The translations under genes were made by a program, and so were the position numbers. 64,000 nucleotides of DNA from Candidatus Heimdallarchaeota archaeon (GTDB lineage: Archaea; Asgardarchaeota; Heimdallarchaeia; Heimdallarchaeales; Heimdallarchaeaceae): NCBI GenBank assembly GCA_018238545.1, contig JABCTC010000001.1, forward strand, positions 88,977-152,976, written 5' to 3'. Every line of letters begins with the position of its first letter. Within the stretch, counting starts at the first letter, position 1. Below the pieces are notes generated by a model. The model was not told the DNA's origin and ran no database searches. It worked only from the letters and a program-made list of their open reading frames with translations. Positions 61,774 to 64,000 of the stretch are shown here, piece by piece.

Positions 61774-62634
61774 ATGATACCCACAAAACAATTTGGTCGT
61801 ACTCAACATGCTAGTTCTCGAATCATTTTTGGTTCATATGCTTTAAGTAAAGCAACACAAGAGGAAGCTGATCGCTCTCTTAATACGTTAATGGAATATG
61901 GAATAAATCATATTGACACTGCACCTATGTACGGTAATGCTGAGAAGTGTATTGGTTCTTGGATGGGACGACATCGCAATGATTTCTTCCTCGCAACCAA
62001 GACTCGAAGTCGTTCATACACAGGAGCTTGGAAAGATCTTCAAAAATCTCTCAATAATCTGAAAGTTGACACTATAGACCTTTGGCAGATGCATGGTTTG
62101 ACCAACCCAGTAGGGTGGGAAAAGGCGATGGGTCCTGGTGGTACGTTGGAGGCTTTTATTGAAGCTCGTGACCGGGGGTTGGTAAGATTTCTTGGTGTAA
62201 CAGGTCATGGTTACAAAGTCCCAACAGTTCACCTGCGAAGCTTAGAGCGTTTTGATTTTGATACTGTTTTATTACCTTACAACTATTTATTTATGCAAAA
62301 ATCTCGTTATGCAACTGCTTTCAATGAGTTAATTGAATTGTGCAAAAAGCGTAACGTTGCAGTACAAACAATCAAATCAATTGCTAGGAGACCGTGGGAA
62401 GGAACAAGGAATTTCAATACTTATTTCTATGAACCGTTAGAAACTCAGATTGCTATTGATAAATCTGTACATTGGTCTTTAGGTTTATCAGAAAGTTTTG
62501 TGATTACAGCAGGTGACATGCAGGTTCTACCTAAGATGTTGGATGCTGCTAAGCGGTTTGAGAAGAGACCATCTGATGCAGAAATGAACACAATTGTAGA
62601 TAAATATGATATCCAACCAATTTTTAGTTACTAG
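61774..62634 (+). CDS. Aldo/keto reductase
   Basis: GINHIDTAPMYG, FLATK, IDLWQMH, FLGVTGH. Confidence 0.9.
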   Translation: MIPTKQFGRTQHASSRIIFGSYALSKATQEEADRSLNTLMEYGINHIDTAPMYGNAEKCIGSWMGRHRNDFFLATKTRSRSYTGAWKDLQKSLNNLKVDTIDLWQMHGLTNPVGWEKAMGPGGTLEAFIEARDRGLVRFLGVTGHGYKVPTVHLRSLERFDFDTVLLPYNYLFMQKSRYATAFNELIELCKKRNVAVQTIKSIARRPWEGTRNFNTYFYEPLETQIAIDKSVHWSLGLSESFVITAGDMQVLPKMLDAAKRFEKRPSDAEMNTIVDKYDIQPIFSY

Positions 62635-62759
62635 TTATTTAACACTGATTCTTCTTGATTAATTAACGTGTAAGTTTTTCAATAATATTTAATAGGTTAA
62701 ACAGCGGATTTATATTTTAGATGTAAATACATCAAAAAAATAAGTTCCTTTTGGATCTT

Positions 62760-62945
62760 ATAGAGAGATTCCAGCAGCTGTGACAATTAACTATGTCACT
62801 GGTAACCTAGCAGCTGGTAACTATACAATAGGAGTTTATTGGAAATCAATATATGCCAAGGCAGACACAAATTACTTGATTGGATATACTTCACCTAATT
62901 TTGCATTTCCAAGATCAATTTGGGTACAAGAAATAATAACATAGT
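62760..62945 (+). pseudogene. Orphan C-terminal gene fragment
   Basis: EIPAAVTINYVTGNLAAGNYTIGVYWKS...PRSIWVQEIIT* followed by a T-tract; no start. Confidence 0.45.
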
Positions 62946-63026
62946 TTTCTCCTTTTTTATTTTTTTCTAAAACTCTCTCATCTTTGTGATATCCTTGAAG
63001 GGATTTTATGTTGATTTGTTTGCTAA

Positions 63027-63662
63027 TTAACTACTATTAGAACTGTTTTCTGTATTATATTTTCTTAACATTCCCCAATTTGTTAGATCAGTATTAGGAA
63101 TCTTTATTTCTCCAACTACGTTAAAACCATATCTCTCATAAATAGCAAGATTTTCTTGAGACATCGTCTCCAGAAAACAGGAAATTTGTTGTGTGTCAAG
63201 ATATTTCAAGAAGGGTCTAATTAGTTTACTAGCAAAACCTTTTCCTTGATATTTAGGTGCTACTCCAATGGGGGATAAAACCCAATGTGGTTCTTTCACC
63301 AAGTTTTCTCGTAGTGTTTTAATATGATCGTTCATACCTTCAATTATTTTCATGATCTTGGGTCCTAGTTTGAGAACCATCTTTATCCCACCTGATTTGA
63401 CTGATTTCCAGTAAGAGAAGTCTGAATGATAAGAGGGTATCCAGATTGCAACGCCTTCAAACTTTTCTGATGTAGTATAAACTTGTCCATATCTCCTGCC
63501 ATATTTAACTATATATTCAATATATGCCGTAAGAGCTTCTTTCTTATTATCAACATTTGAAAACATATGGTTGCACATTGGTTCATCAGCAAATGCCTCT
63601 ACTAAACAATCTATAGCTTTTTGAATATTATTTCTTTTTACTCTAATTAAATGATTCAGCAT
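63027..63662 (-). CDS. GNAT family N-acetyltransferase
   Basis: IGVAPKYQGKGFAS, FLET, NLAIYERYGF. Confidence 0.9.
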   Translation of the reverse strand: MLNHLIRVKRNNIQKAIDCLVEAFADEPMCNHMFSNVDNKKEALTAYIEYIVKYGRRYGQVYTTSEKFEGVAIWIPSYHSDFSYWKSVKSGGIKMVLKLGPKIMKIIEGMNDHIKTLRENLVKEPHWVLSPIGVAPKYQGKGFASKLIRPFLKYLDTQQISCFLETMSQENLAIYERYGFNVVGEIKIPNTDLTNWGMLRKYNTENSSNSS

Positions 63663-63940
63663 TATGCTATGTACAGTGAATTTCTTAAATAATAATGTTT
63701 TGGCATTAGAATGACTTTTAACGTCTATTTCTTACATAACTCAATAATATACTTCACTACTCAGAGTAGTTATTGTCTTGTTTCTTCTTGGAGGAGTAGC
63801 TTTTATAATTTGGGTAATTTTTTATTTTAACTATTATTTTATTAATATGCTTTTGTCTTTTTGTCTTCTTAGTGTGGAAATCTAGAAAAATTTTAGTGAT
63901 AGTACGGGTGTTTTTATAGTGAACTCTAGGTCAACGAAGG

Positions 63941-64000
63941 ATGGCAAAGGTACTGCGTGCAGAGCGTATAGAAGTGGAGTATCATCCAGCACTGAGCAGA
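63941..64000 (+). mobile_element. Probable start of an IS200/IS605-family TnpB gene (runs off the window)
   Basis: MAKVLRAERIEVEYHPALSR resembles TnpB N-termini that precede 'LCxxSKNLYN'; GC rises from ~63890; only 20 codons visible. Confidence 0.45.

Overview
AT-rich archaeal DNA that looks like an Asgard (probably Heimdallarchaeia) genome, judged from an Arf/Sar1-type GTPase fused to a longin-like domain, large TPR/longin proteins, a reductive dehalogenase and archaeal TATA promoters; this assignment is inferred, not verified. Most genes are metabolic or transport genes (ADP-forming acyl-CoA synthetase, threonine dehydrogenase, guaB, lat, ftcD, CPA2 antiporters with CBS proteins, copZ/copA, lipoate ligase, DegV, a DNA methyltransferase). 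No rRNA, tRNA or CRISPR array was seen. Four things stand out. (1) Unannotated structured ncRNA-like elements: two about 80% identical copies with compensatory base changes (29080-29225 and 48546-48692), a roughly 240-nt multi-hairpin element inserted in a dead hydrolase gene (7193-7435), and a 95-nt hairpin (33341-33436). The first three could be stand-alone omegaRNA-like guides for TnpB-type proteins, and a probable tnpB starts at the right window edge. (2) A duplicated radical SAM - small peptide - Aur1/IPC-synthase-like PAP2 module surrounded by MMPL, TetR (with tandem operator arrays), patatin and DegV genes, suggesting an undescribed fatty-acyl lipid remodelling system in an archaeon. 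(3) An 8-repeat Ig-like surface protein with invariant Gln and Cys and a PEFG sorting tail. (4) Many deletion or fusion scars that leave gene halves. All calls come from reading motifs by eye; no database searches were run.
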